Notes: generated by a model not told the origin, from the sequence alone. A DNA stretch of 64,000 bases from Yuukianura sp. NJ FZ-2021 (GCA_046563655.1 CM102284.1:2914001-2978000), one strand, 5' to 3'; numbered from the stretch's first letter, positions 27,459-40,442 are shown. Translations and numbers: made by a program.

Positions 27459-28748
27459 ATGAAGCTCAAACTATTTTGTAAAGTTTTACGCTGGAATGCT
27501 ATAGTTGTTCTATTTCCATTTACAGTGAGGGATGCTTCATCTACTCCAATTCCGTTGATCCAGGTCATTTCTCCAGAGAGCAAGCGGCTGAGAATGAAAA
27601 GAAAGTATGTCGTTAGGATTCGAAATTTAGTGATGCTCAGTCGATTCCTATTTCTTGCGTTTCGCTGGATTCAGTTTTCACTGGGACAATTGAAATTAAA
27701 CCGAAAAGACGAAAATGACTTGACTCGAAGCTTGCAGTCCCTCATCTTGTACTTCAGTATTCAAGCCGTGATAACTGGAAAGGAGAAGGAATTTTCATAC
27801 TTCTTCAACCAATTTCTCAAGATTCAGAGTCATATGGAAGGTCAGAATAAATATATTTAACAAGGGATATTTTATTTTTGTTTTTCTTAAATTTTGTTAT
27901 TGTTTTCAGAGAAATTTGAAAATGACTTTAAAAAAAATTGGAAGAAAACCAATGCTGCGTTGGGGTACTGTTTGGCAACAATCATAGCAATGTCTGTTGT
28001 TATCGTTCCAAACATATTTAGAAGTCGTCTGCAGAACTACCTTCTAACTACCATGCTATTTGGCAAGAAATACCGTTCACTTGGAATTTTGGAAAAGTTG
28101 CTGGATCATTACTTTGCCGTAACATATTACTTATCCTTTACTCCACTCCTCTACATCTTCATTCTCTACCTGACTATGTCTACGAAGTCGCTGCAATTGC
28201 TTCTGAAAAAGTAGGAAGCTTTCTAAAATAAAAAAAAACAGAAATCATTCAATTTGAGAAGTTTTTAAAAAAAAGAAGATAATTCATTGTTATATTTTAG
28301 TACGAGCGGTACGACCGAATTTGTTGCGGCCTACAAACTTCGGTACCTTCTGAACACTTTATTCAACACCTCTTTCGCATCTATTTTCAACCCGACGTGG
28401 CTCGCCGGTCAAGGAGTCATGTGGATTCGAGCCTTCTACCTCGCAATCCGAACATTTTCGAGAGACCCATTCGCTGCGTACTTTCCAACATTCATGTTCC
28501 TTCTGATGAACACATTCGTAGGGCTAACATTCATCACAGTGGCGGGAAACTACGAGAGTTCAAATATTCTTGACGAGTGGAAATGCTCGACTAATCGCAG
28601 AAAGAGTACTGTTGACCTTATGGTCTCCAGAACGGTACGTCCATTTGGAGTCCGTGTGAGGAGCTTGTATACTGTAAAGAAGGTCACAAAATCGACATAT
28701 CTTGAACTCATAATTGACAATACAGTCAATGCACTTCTCACATGGTAA
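27459..28748 (+). CDS. Gustatory-receptor-like multi-pass membrane protein, 376 aa; exons 27459-27840, 27910-28210, 28301-28748
   Basis: Multiple hydrophobic helices. The C-terminus RPFGVRVRSLYTVKKVTKSTYLELIIDNTVNALLTW* has the layout of the arthropod GR/OR-superfamily last loop plus TM7. Family assignment is by resemblance. Confidence 0.65.
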
Positions 28749-30042
28749 TTTCTGAATTAAATCGTTTTCTTTCCACAATCAAGGTATACGCATTAATGAC
28801 AATTATTGAAAGTAGTTGAAAAAAAATCATTACAATAGTTTTACTCAGCAAGTGAATTCAAATGATACACCTATTGTCAATTTTAGTTCTAATCATCTAA
28901 TTATAGTACTTTTAGGAAATTGTTTAAATTTTATGCAAAACGCTTTAATCGGAGGAGTCCTTGCGGATTTCCTATCTTAAGTCTTAAATTCACAGAGAGG
29001 GACATCAAGCGCCAATTCAATTAGCAATTAACGTTAGCGCTATTGTTTTTTTTTTTTTCAAATTGATAATAAAGAAATCTGCGAACGCTGCTATTGAAAG
29101 GTAGTAAAGTTGCGAAGACAAGGTGCTACAATTTGAATTGTAAAATAATATTTAACTAACCATACCATGAGTCACCAAATCTAGTGCTGAAAATTTTTTC
29201 TAATTGTTATACTGAACGCGTTTGAAATGCTGAGTCGTTTATTAATCTTTCTTTTTCACCTTTAGCACTATTTTGAAGCAATTGAGTTAGTTATGAATAA
29301 TAAAAAATGTTGCAGTTTGGTGAAGGAAAGTGATCGAAGTTTCTTGGATAATGATGATGACACGATTTAAGAATCCATAAACGTGTGTATTGGTATAGTG
29401 AAACTTCATTTTAATTCCACTTTTAAGTGACACCATTAGTTTAATAGTTTGAGTCATCTTTTCCATTGAAAATTCGTTTCGTCATTTCCAAAATTCACTG
29501 CGCTGGCAAAGTCTACGTTGCTTTTAGTAAGAGAATTGTAAGACAACGCCTGTCTTTCCTCCCCCGTCCCCAGCATCCTGTCTCTCCAGTTCCGTTCCTT
29601 TTACTGATTGTGTAAAATACGAGATTAGCACTTCAAACTCTATAGCTTAATTGAACTTCAAATTGCGCATTACAGAGGTCATAATTCAAGTATTTACCAA
29701 CTATACTTATTTACTCTGCAAGCCAAACTTATCAAAACGTTTAAAGCACTCCAACTATTTCTGCTTTCGAAATAAGTATTTCGAAATAAGTATAAGTACT
29801 TCGAAAGGCGTATTCAGTTGCTTTCGAAGCTTCACTAAAAATAGTTTTGAATGAACACCACCGTGGAGGGTGGGCCCGAGGAGTGAGAGTACTTGACATG
29901 CCACTTTTGTGTTGAACCCGATTGAGAAAAACGCTTGGTAAGAGTTTAATAAAACTTCAAGAACGTTTTTGCATCTTTGTAAAAATTCAAAAGTTTGAAT
30001 TCTAGCTCTAACCTTGGTAAATCTTGGTAAACAAAGTGAGAC

Positions 30043-31235
30043 ATGGCTGGAAGAGTGGACAACGGGGTGAGTGACCTACCACAACGCGTACGACCTTTGA
30101 AAATCACAGTGGTTGGAGATGGAACTGTTGGAAAAACATGTCTCCTCTACTCCTATACGATGGACACATTCCCAGAAGAATACGTACCAACTGTGTAAGT
30201 ACACAGAATTTAATCATTTCTCATCTTGCGCCATTTAGTTTTTAGAGCTTATGAGTTTTGTGCAGAGAAAAATGACGCAGACTTATATGCTTAGGTAGAC
30301 GCAGACTTATGCTTACATCCGATAAGTAGAATCATGAATTTCTTGTTCTTTTGATGTATTTCTTATTTTGAATTGTAGATTTGACAATCATGCAAAGGCG
30401 CTTGTGGTGGACGACGTCGAATTTGCCTTAACGCTCTGGGACACAGGTACGCATGCGTTTACATATTTGTTGTTTCAAATGATAAAATTTCTGGACAACA
30501 CAAAGTTGGCTTTAAGTACTACATTGAAGTAAAATCTACTTCGGCTTGAAAAATTTGCGACTTAATGTTTGATTACCGAAATGACGAGGAATTACAGTAT
30601 TATATGAAACAATGAAAAATGTATCTAAACCAGAAATTAATTATCCTGCATTTGTTTTTTATATGGCAACTATAATATTCGAATGTAGCGGGGCAAGAAG
30701 AATATGAGAAGCTCAGGCCCCTTTCGTATCCTAAGGTAAAGCTTCATCTACCTCGATGATTATGTCTCTACTTTTCACAATTCTCAATTACAAGTTGGAA
30801 ACTAATGGCGGCAAACTTTATTACAGACTGATTGTTTCATCTTGTGTTACGCCGTTAACAATCGAGCATCGTTTGCCAACATTGAAACTAAATGGATTCC
30901 GGAGTTGAAGTACCACTGTCCCAAAGCAGCAATTCTACTAGTGGGTGAGCACTTTGTTCTAACAATTATAACATTTAGAAAAGATTTTATAAGTCCTCAC
31001 TACAATTGAATTCATAACTGTTCGGTTTTAAAATGGAGGTACCAAGATGGATTTAAAAGATGGCGACATAATAACTGAACTGGAAGGAAAAAAGCTCAAG
31101 TCGAGAATAAAAGCAAATGGATTTCTCCAGTGCTCTGCCAAAACAAGAGAGGGCCTTTCGGAAGTATACGTAGAGGCAGTACGAGCTGTCATGAAAAACA
31201 GTGGATCAAAGCACAACTTCTGCAGGTTCATATAA
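30043..31235 (+). CDS. RhoL: Rho-family GTPase, RhoL-like; exons 30043-30194, 30379-30446, 30689-30735, 30827-30944, 31039-31235
   Basis: [57 protein letters not shown] with a short Rho insert, CSAK, and CAAX CRFI. RPLKIT, FDNHA and EGKKL are RhoL-type features. Confidence 0.85.
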
Positions 31236-31845
31236 AGGAAATTGATTTTTATCAAATAAAAACAAATGCTAACTTAGTTTACTTAACCTGGTGTTGTCCG
31301 GTGCAAGGAGCCTCAATGATCCATCGTTTCATGCAAATATGAAAGTTACTGTATGTCTTTAATTTTATTGAGCATCAAGGTGACATTGTCAACCCGTTCC
31401 AAAGGCTGCTGCTGAGAACTGAGGTTTCAAATACACGTTATACACGATGATGAAACTAAATAAACAGATATATTCTGAATGAGATACTACAGTAATTTTA
31501 CGTGATTTTATATTTTTGAAAGATGCGATCGGGGCATCATGAAAATATATATAAGTCATTAATGTACATGCTAAAGTTGCGTCAGATGAAATTTTTCAAT
31601 ATTCTTTTGAAAGGTATAGCTTTGGTTTAGTATTTAGTGTGAATGTTACCATTCACTAGTTGCAGTTCCAGCAACCACTAGCCGACAATGTAACCGGAAT
31701 TGATTGCCGAAACTTGAAGTCGTTATCTGGGTCGTGCTTTTGTTTAATTTTCACCAACCTTTTAATTTGACATTACAAATGACATTATAGTTTTGTTAGT
31801 AAAAACTTGGAAAATTGGAATTAATAATGATCCGCGTAGCGATTC

Positions 31846-32542
31846 TTATGAGCTTAGATATTTATTGGTTGTTGCTGAAATGACAATTGGAGTACATCCA
31901 CAACTGACGGCAGAACTCAAACAAACTTTTTCTAGTGCATCCGGTACCCTGATTTCGCATAAGAAATACACCAACATAGACTTTCCTGCCGTAGCGTGCC
32001 ATTTCCCATATAAAGGCGTGTTTCTGTAGTTAATAGGACTATAATAAAATGTAGTAGTTTGGTCTGCATTGAATGTTTCCGTCGGACCCCAGTTGGTATA
32101 CACAAACGGCACTCCAGCTTTCCAAAACCACAGTTTGGTCGTTGGTTCCTTTGTACCTCCAAACAACATCCAGTCGTCTACGAGCGGTAAAATATTGTCC
32201 TTCACAAATGTGTTTTCTTCAGCAGACTCGATAGAGGCAAGGGCTCCGCCAATGTCAGAACAAAGTTCAGTCGCGCGTGGTTCGTCTAGTTTCCGCGTCA
32301 TTAGGCGAAAACATTTGTTGGGAACGACACTTTTCAACCAACCGTTTGGGCATACAGTCTCACCCGCATTTACCAGTTGAACGGCAGTACCTATAGAAAT
32401 AGATTCAATTTTAGACAAATAAATTTCGGCAAATAAGTTTCAATTTGAATTGGATTTGACAGACGACGCGGCAGAAGAGTCAAAAGATGGTATTAAAATC
32501 GCAAAACATTTTACATAATAGAAACAAATATGCTGACTTCAT
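31846..32542 (-). CDS. Secreted C-type lectin-like domain protein (copy 1); exons 32542-32515, 32390-31846
   Basis: Signal peptide MKSAYLFLLCTAVQLVNA, then CPNGW...KCF, C...GGALASIESAEENTFV, W.W..G.PF.YTNW, YFLCE. Confidence 0.88.
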
Positions 32543-33030
32543 CTGCTTAGTAGTCAACAAATTAACACACGCACTATCTAAAGAAATTTTAACTTTAACT
32601 GCAGTACTTGATCACGCAAAAATAGTAATTTTGATGTCCGTAGACAAGAGAGTTTTAGTGATAGTAAGCAGTAAGCATTTACTTTTTTTTAAATGATGAG
32701 TGTTTGCCCAACACTTTTATTTTCGGAGTGAATTAATTTATTTTCGCAAGTAATAAGGATGTCCTAATTAAAAGTACTAATTGAAAACGTGGTTTCCATT
32801 TAATTTCTGAAAACCCAAATTGCACAGGCTGTTGAATCATGTAATAGAGGAAGTGGTCAAAACATTTCGAGTCAAAATTGATACCGATTAGACTAAAGGG
32901 TTAAAGTTTTATATTGCGGGAAAACGGCATTCTTTATGTCATGATGACCCAACTCAATGTGAAACCAAGATACATGAGCTAAGATTTATTAGGACCAATT
33001 GAAATGACAACAGAAACGCATGAACACGTC

Positions 33031-33601
33031 TTAAGAAGAACATGAAGTGGATGTTTCTGGTACATCAGCAGGTAGTCTGAGTTCGCACATGTAGTAGGCG
33101 GGCATACTCCTGTATGCGGAGGCGTGCCATTTTCCGTAGTACGGCGTCGACTTGTGCGTCGAGTGACTGAAGTAATACAGGTACACTTGATTGTTCTTGA
33201 AAGTCTCATCGGGACCCCAGTTTTCGTATTCAAACGGTACTCCGACCTCCCATGACCAGGATTTTGTAGTAGGATCCATGGTCCCACCAATTAACAACCA
33301 GTCTTCAATCCTGTTTAAAATGTTGTCTTTCACAAACTCGTCTTCTTCGGCAGATTCGATTGATGCAAGTGCTCCGTGGATGTCAGCGCATCGCTCATGG
33401 GCTTGCGGTCCCAATTGTTTTCGAGTAATTAGGCGAAGACATTTCTGCGGAACGACGCTGCTAATCCAACCAAGTGGACAGATACTGCTTGCCTCTACCA
33501 GATGAATCGCAAGTCCTAAAAAACATCTTGTATTTTAAAATATTTCTCAGAAGGAGAAAAATTGTATTACCAAGATATAGGAAATATGCTGCCGAGGTCA
33601 T
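33031..33601 (-). CDS. Secreted C-type lectin-like domain protein (copy 2, tandem paralog); exons 33601-33571, 33515-33031
   Basis: Signal peptide MTSAAYFLYLGLAIHLVEA, then CPLGW...KCL, GALASIESAEEDEFVKDNIL, YENWGP, YYMCE. It has the same phase-1 intron as copy 1. Confidence 0.88.
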
Positions 33602-34744
33602 TGTTCCACCTCCGTATTGTTTTGTGAACAAAAATGTTATTTGAAGCTCCCTATTTAGAACAATATAATAATATCTCCTGGAATTTATACTTTATTATTT
33701 TCAATTAAATATAATTAAAAATTAATTGAAGAATCAAGGCTTGTGGGTTTTTAATTGATTAGCAAGACTTGATACATGCTACGTTCAACTGAAAGAAATC
33801 ACAAAAAGTTTTACGAAGGGAGAAAGTGGAGCAAAGTTTTGCCTTATGATATGGGTCCCATGCTGCTAAAAACTGCTTAAATACGTTCGTTTACATATGT
33901 TTTTCCTTTTAAAAACACATTAAATCAACTTGTTCATCCATGTACAGAGAATTTTACAACAAGTTTACGTTGCATACGTGGGGTGCACGTTTGGCACAAC
34001 ATTATCGGAAATCAACTTGTTTTGTACGGCAGATTTAGCAAAGCAAAGCAAGTGACCCTCAAATGCTTGAAATTTTTTCCTACCGACCTATTCTTAGGAA
34101 TGCTTGATTTGGAGACATTCACATGCCAATGGGCAGATTCAACAAACAATAAATTTTAGCTTTTAAGACTACTAAAAGTTCACAAGTAATCTTCTATTTT
34201 TAGATTTGGCTTTTATTTTACTTTAGCTTAAGATACATTTAAAAATCCGGACAATGATAAATTAGTTTTAAGTAGAAAAACAAGACCACAAAGGGTGAGG
34301 ATAGGTTGACTAGTCAGTAGCAAATAGTTGGTAAGGCTAACAGGGAAAATATTGCAAATTCGGGATCATTCTTATTTTGGTAATCAGCAGGGTCATTAGC
34401 AACAACAAACCAAACTTCCTGTCTGTCTTAAAAACACAACTCAAAATATTGGAACACGAAAGTTACAAAAGTTTTGACTTGTCCAAATGATTTTTTGTTT
34501 CCAAAAATTTTTGCATATTAGATTCCATTACAAATATTGATTATGAGTATAACTTTAAATGATTTTTATATAAAACAGAATGACTAAAACCCGGCAGACA
34601 TAAGTCCGTTCGGCGGCGCCATTAGTGCCGCCTTGTGCAGGAATTCAATTAATACACTTTGGTTGCTGTTGTTAATGAGAAAGATTTTTGGTATAATCCT
34701 AAAAGTTTGGAAGTGACAATGGCATTTATTTTACAACGTGTTGC

Positions 34745-36069
34745 TCAAAGCACAGAGCAACTGCTCCGACGTTTGCGCAACGGTTCTGGTCTCAGTACGG
34801 TCCTCACAGCTTCATCAAAGACTTGTTTGAGGCCTTTCTGCGTCTGCGCAGAACATTCCAAATACTTCACACTTCGAATTTTACTAGCTAATCTCACTCC
34901 ATGATCGCGTTTTACGGGGCTAGCTCCTTGTTCCGCCAAGCCAGATAGGATCTCTTTGTCCTCCCGTAAGTCACTTTTGGTACCTGCGTAGTGAAACGCA
35001 ACTAATTGTTACAAGTAGCAAATCTAAAAATATTACAAGAAAAAAAAATTACCTATGAGAAGAATGGGTGTGCCTGGGCAGTGATGTTTAATTTCAGGGT
35101 ACCATTTGGAAGTGACATTTTCGAATGAGGAAGGGCTCACCACGGAAAAACAAATAAGAAATACATCAGTCTGAAACAAACAAATATCGGTTTAGTGCAT
35201 AATTTGAGATGTAGATAATAGTCAGAAGAATTGATCTTCTAACCTGCGGATATGAGAGTGGTCGTAGGCGGTCGTAGTCTTCTTGCCCAGCTACAACAAA
35301 AGTCATAAGAAATTATAATTAATTTGCTATAAACAAATTATATAATTATCATACTCACTTTAGCAAAATTTTCAAAATAAATATTCTAATCTACGTTTAC
35401 TACGTATAGAATTTGAAAGGCTAATTTTGCTTTAAAACAACCGCACATACTTAGTAGTTACGTTCAGTTGAAATTCACCTCATTGACTCTTTTTCGTAAC
35501 CAGTAAGATATTCTACAGGGTGTGGCAGCCAAAAGTAGACACCTTATATTCGTTGTTAGGGGTAACCGAAAAAATGGCAAATAATGGGGGGGGGGGGAGA
35601 ATTTAGCCAAATTCAAAAATTGGCAAAAGTCAAAACAATTTTTCTCCGACGCGCAAAATTTTTTTGCGCTTTGGTGCAAGTTTCCTCCCATAGTTACAAA
35701 AATAAACAAAATATTTATAATTGAGGTGTCTACTTTTGGCTGCCACACCCTAGTTGTTTTCTTTAAATATCATTGCCCAAAGTAAATTAAAATTTTACCT
35801 GTGTCCCATAGGCCAAGACAAACCGGGATTCCATCTACAACCATTGGAGCAGAGTAGTTATCAAATCTGAAATTACAAAAAGGAAAATTATGTTCAAAAC
35901 TTGTTCTTTTGTCTTTTTGTGAATCATGGATTCTATAGATGACTTACACAGTGGGAACGTATTCTACAGGAAATGAGCCAGTAGTGTAACTAATGAGCAT
36001 ACAGGTTTTTCCAACTGTTCCATCTCCAACCACGACACACTTGATCGGGCGAGCACTCGACATTGACAT
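34745..36069 (-). CDS. Mtl: Rac-related GTPase Mtl (Mig-2-like/RhoG-type); exons 36069-35948, 35866-35799, 35290-35244, 35170-35053, 34983-34745
   Basis: [83 protein letters not shown] (CAAX). Confidence 0.92.
35516..35752. mobile_element. MITE (Tc1/mariner-type CAGGGTG terminus) in Mtl intron 2
   Basis: Perfect 28-bp TIR agggtgtggcagccaaaagtagacacct (35517-35544) and its reverse complement (35724-35751). The left end reads TA|CAGGGTG. Confidence 0.85.
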
Positions 36070-36986
36070 TTCAAACGCTTACGTAAAATTTACTTAACAG
36101 CTTTACGCTTTAGCGACTACTATGAATCTGAAGAGTGAATGGGGATGACGAAGACGATTGGGGCATGGATGATTCACAATAGTAGTTGACATAAAATACA
36201 GTTACAAAGATGATTTTTAGGTAGAGCTTCTATGATTTGTGTAAAATGTTACTTCTTGAGGTTATGAGGGTACGTTGGAGTTCATAATTAAATTTGTATG
36301 ATGGAATCACTCTTCTAGACTACAACACAACAAACCACAAAACTTGAAATTTGGAAAATGAAATGTGTAAACCATTCTCCCTGTCTTTCTCCAAATAGAA
36401 ACTGCATACTCAGAACCATTAAAGTTTTTCTCTTCTGATTGAAAAAAAAATCCCCGAATTATGTAGATCCTTACACTCTGTACTCCGTGAAAGACCACTT
36501 CTCGGAAGTGTATGGCTCTTATGAAGGGATATGTTTAGCAACCCATTTCAAACTCCATTTTATCCCCTTAGTCCATTCTCATTCGCATGAGATTTCGATA
36601 GAAGCGAAAAAACTAACCTAACCCAATGTAAATACAACTTAATTATGTTTCATTTATATCTAATGACACCCAAACGCAAGTCACTTAGATATCACCTGCA
36701 AGTTACTACTATTTCCCACATTCAATGCCTACCTTGGAACTATTCAATTGCCGATACCACTACGGATATATCAGAAATTGTAACTTGTGAAAATAATACG
36801 TGTTATGGGGACAAATATTTAGGTTCCACAATAGTTTTACGATACTTTAAAATAATTATGTATCGATGAGGGACGCCGAATCCTCAATTCGGTACTACGG
36901 TCAAATAACAAGAAATCATTAACACTCCACTAAAATGTTTTTACCTGAGTGCATATTTTTGCAGTAACTAAGAACTAAGTACTTTA

Positions 36987-37005
36987 CTAACCTAACCTAA
37001 CCTAA
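36987..37005 (+). repeat. Short interstitial (CCTAA)n / TTAGG array
   Basis: ctaa cctaa cctaa cctaa. Confidence 0.7.
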
Positions 37006-38759
37006 GAGTAGAAGTGTAGTTCGAAAAAAATAACATTCGGGAATCGTATGTTATTAGTATTTTTGGGTGTTAGTGTTATGGGAAAATTTGTTGCCCCTTT
37101 CGAACAGTGCCCAGGTTTATCATATTTGTTAAACTTTGAACAGCATAGCAGATTTTCTACGCTTTTTCTGGCTTCAACTTGCGTACATCAGAGACAATTA
37201 AATTTACAATCCGTAATTTTGAGTAGTTAAAAATATCCTGAGGCATATATTTGCTTTTTGCAATATACACCCCTTCATATTCCAAAAGCATTGAAAAAGA
37301 CCCCTCTCCCGTACACTTCAGTCCTCTTTAATGGTTGCCTTTGTGGATTGAGTTATTAGAGTGAGACTGGTGGATTTGCGCAGTTCCCTATAACAGCGAC
37401 ATAGGGACACATCACGGGAATTATTTCCAGTTTCTCAACGATAATCAATACGTTTAAAAAGCTATAAATATATACGCGGAGGGCTCTTGAAATTTTATTC
37501 TACGCTGATGCATACTATAATTTTTTCGTTAATGGGTTTTAAAAACTTTGTATTTAGAATTCAACGATTTCGGTTTTCCATGACCTGCGTTTGCTTCAAC
37601 TTGGAAAGTGGAAATGGTAAACGAACAGAGCAATTCAAGAATGAGATTTCGCAATTTGAACTCACGCTATGCCATCTCACTTCACATTTCGAATGTTGTA
37701 AAGAACGCTTCACGAGGTTAATCAATAACGTATGGCCTAACCCTATACTCTGACCTGCTAATGACCAAAGTTAAAAAATTTCGAAGTGACCGACAAACAC
37801 GAAACCGAGATTAATTATTGCTTACAACCCATTGCATTATATGCTATTTGTTTATTCAAATGTATTAAATGTGCAAGTGACAATTCATAAAAATTGCCTT
37901 GTTTCGGTAACTTGGTGATTCATTGAGTACCACCGTGCTTAGTAATAAGGCTTTAAGCAACACACTACCACAGAATTAAGGACAGTTTCAAGACATGTTA
38001 TTTAGGATGCTAAGGGATCATGAAAAATGGGAACTATGAATAAACACTCCTGTTTGAGAAACATTTTTTGAAATCGAATATCTAAGGATATTCGCACTAA
38101 AGCTTACACTCTAAATTATTTATACTCAATGACATAATTCAGTAAGTTAGTTTCATCTTAGTTTTGAGCTACCAAGTCAGTTGTAGTTCACTCAATATTA
38201 AATTAGTATTTAGTACTAAAACAGCAGCAGTAATATGCAGTGTAGACTAGTTAAGTTTGTGTCCCTGCTCTACAAAAATTCGCTGCAAACAATCTAAGTT
38301 GCCTTAATTTTCTTTTTAAAAAAAGCGAAGAATGCAAAATTGTAATTTGCAATTTAAGACGGTACACCTTAAATACAGTGAAGATATTTTACATGAGTCA
38401 CAAACTCCGAAATAATTCTTTACTTCGGAGTTATTATTTCGTCGTGTCTAGCTCAATTTTGAACAAATCATTCGGGTCAAGTATCTTATCTACAGATTTG
38501 TTCACGAATATTCGATTTCCCTGACCTTTCTCTTATTAGAGATCAAATTTAGTGTAAGGAGATTACGCCCGTCCATACTAAACACAATTCGGGGAAGTTT
38601 TAAAAAAAAGTTGGCTTGGAGTATGCTTGAATTGGTTATAATTGACACACTTGAGAAGAAAAATTCAGTATCCAGTCCTGAGAAAGTGCTGCACAGTATA
38701 TTTGCCACGGACGATTGTAACAACCCAATGCTACCAGCATAATCTCAGAATTGGGTTAG

Positions 38760-40442
38760 TTAGCAGGAAGAGTTTGGGGGTCGTGGAAGCGCTCTCACAA
38801 GGTAAAGTTTCTCTCCTCGCTGATTGGTGTAAATTGGAGCCTTCTGATAGTGGTCAACCAGCTGATCTAAGTTTAAAAACTTTCGTTGTCCAATGCAGTA
38901 TTGATCATTCTCAACATGAACGCGAAAATGCTTGTTCCTTCCAGGAGCTTTCAAGGACACTGAGAAGTCTCCAGCCTGTGTCACAAATTATGCCAACTCA
39001 ACGATTAAGTTCATAAGGAACAAGAACGTTTAAGCCGAACCATTTTCCAAGCGACACATTCATAAAAAACATTACAGTATTTTAGAAATGATTATGATTT
39101 ACGTTCGTTTCCGAGTCCCGGATGAGAAAGTCCCCATCGTGACCACGATCGTTGAGTAGTTGGTCACACACAGAGCGAGAAATACTGTAAATTCAAAACG
39201 AAAAAGTAGGATTCATATAGACTAATACTAAAAAAACAATAGTGTTGTGAATAAGTTTAAGCGAAGCTGCCTACCTGCCAAAGTACCAAGCTTTGCTGAG
39301 CAAGTATGCTTTGTCGTCAGACCCACTGTTCCCGTTTCGATGATTGTTGACTCCATTTGCGTCACGCAACGGCTGTGTTAAAAACTCCGACAATTCCTGT
39401 AAGTAGTTGCGCGGAACAAGTCCGATCTGGCCACTGGAATTTCTAGCCTTGTACCAGTCGGGGTCAGAAATTGGCCGATCCACGATTTCCAATCGATCAC
39501 CCTTCTCAAAACTCAGCTCCTGCTCATTCTAAAGACAAGAAAAAAGTAAATCTTTTGGTATTTATGCAAAATCTCTGCAGGGAAACAAAACTAAATTCGA
39601 ATTAGAAGTTGGCTTATTTTTTTGTTTGAATTTGCTACGAACTCCTACTAAGTAGTGTAGATGAAGACGAATCCGGGAATTCTTTTGGTAATCAATCACA
39701 CATCGACATATCCTAGCACTATCATTCCTTGCTTACCTGTGCCGAAAAGTTGTAGAGAGCAACCATGATATCCAGTACGTTTTCCGCCATAGCATAAGTA
39801 TGAACTGTCTCGTCATCGCCCTCTTCCGCTGTATAGTTTGACGGGAACCATCCAATGTTATTTCCGAATTGACCTTTCCACCACCCATCATTGGATTTTT
39901 CTAGAATGAGAATCCGTGTTCCCTTCGCCAGGGCAAGCTCGTCCATCTGCTGAGCTTGGTAAGCATATTTGACTATAGCAGTTCCAATCGCATCTTGTGG
40001 TTCAAGGGCTCTTTGCTTGAAGTTTGCAGTAGGACCATTACTGTATCCCCCGTGAGATGGGGAAATGTGTGTCACTGGAAGCTCAATTGAGCGGGAGGGT
40101 GAGTTTGGAAGCGTTTTAGAGCCAGTTGACGTCTTTTTAACTTTTTTCTTGAAACTACAAGGTCAAAACAAGGAGTTAATCAACCAATCATTTAGACTTT
40201 TTAGTGGAAAATGTTGGAAGTATTTGTGGTTTACCTATCGAATATTGATGGTTTTTCTCTCTTGACGTAATTACTGGGAACATAACCGGATTGACTTCGA
40301 GCATTTTGTACCCTCCACCAATGTTTGGAATCGTCGAGTAGAAGGTACTTTTCGTTTTTTCGCAAGTCTAGTTCCTGTGCACCTTGAGCTGTGTAGTCGT
40401 ATTTGGCAATAACGTAGCAGAATTCATCCATTGCTCCTTTAC
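38760..40442 (-). CDS. dock: Nck adaptor (dreadlocks), SH3-SH3-SH3-SH2; exons 40442-40235, 40154-39737, 39528-39275, 39184-39103, 38975-38760; start at ATG 40431 or in an unidentified upstream exon
   Basis: [39 protein letters not shown]...YVPSNYV, second and third SH3 domains (WFPSNY, LVPRNY), and an SH2 domain (WYFG...[11 protein letters not shown]...[14 protein letters not shown]). Confidence 0.96.

Noticed and set aside
30274..30316. gacgcagacttat(at)gctta direct duplication in RhoL intron 1
   Set aside because: Simple two-copy local duplication; not a CRISPR-like or functional array.
34588..34633. GC-rich hairpin downstream of Mtl as a Helitron 3' end or terminator
   Set aside because: No CTRR terminus at the expected spacing, and intrinsic terminators do not apply to this eukaryotic context.
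36987..37005. TTAGG telomere-type repeat as a chromosome end or fusion scar
   Set aside because: Under four units and embedded in ordinary intergenic DNA; such short arrays are uninformative.
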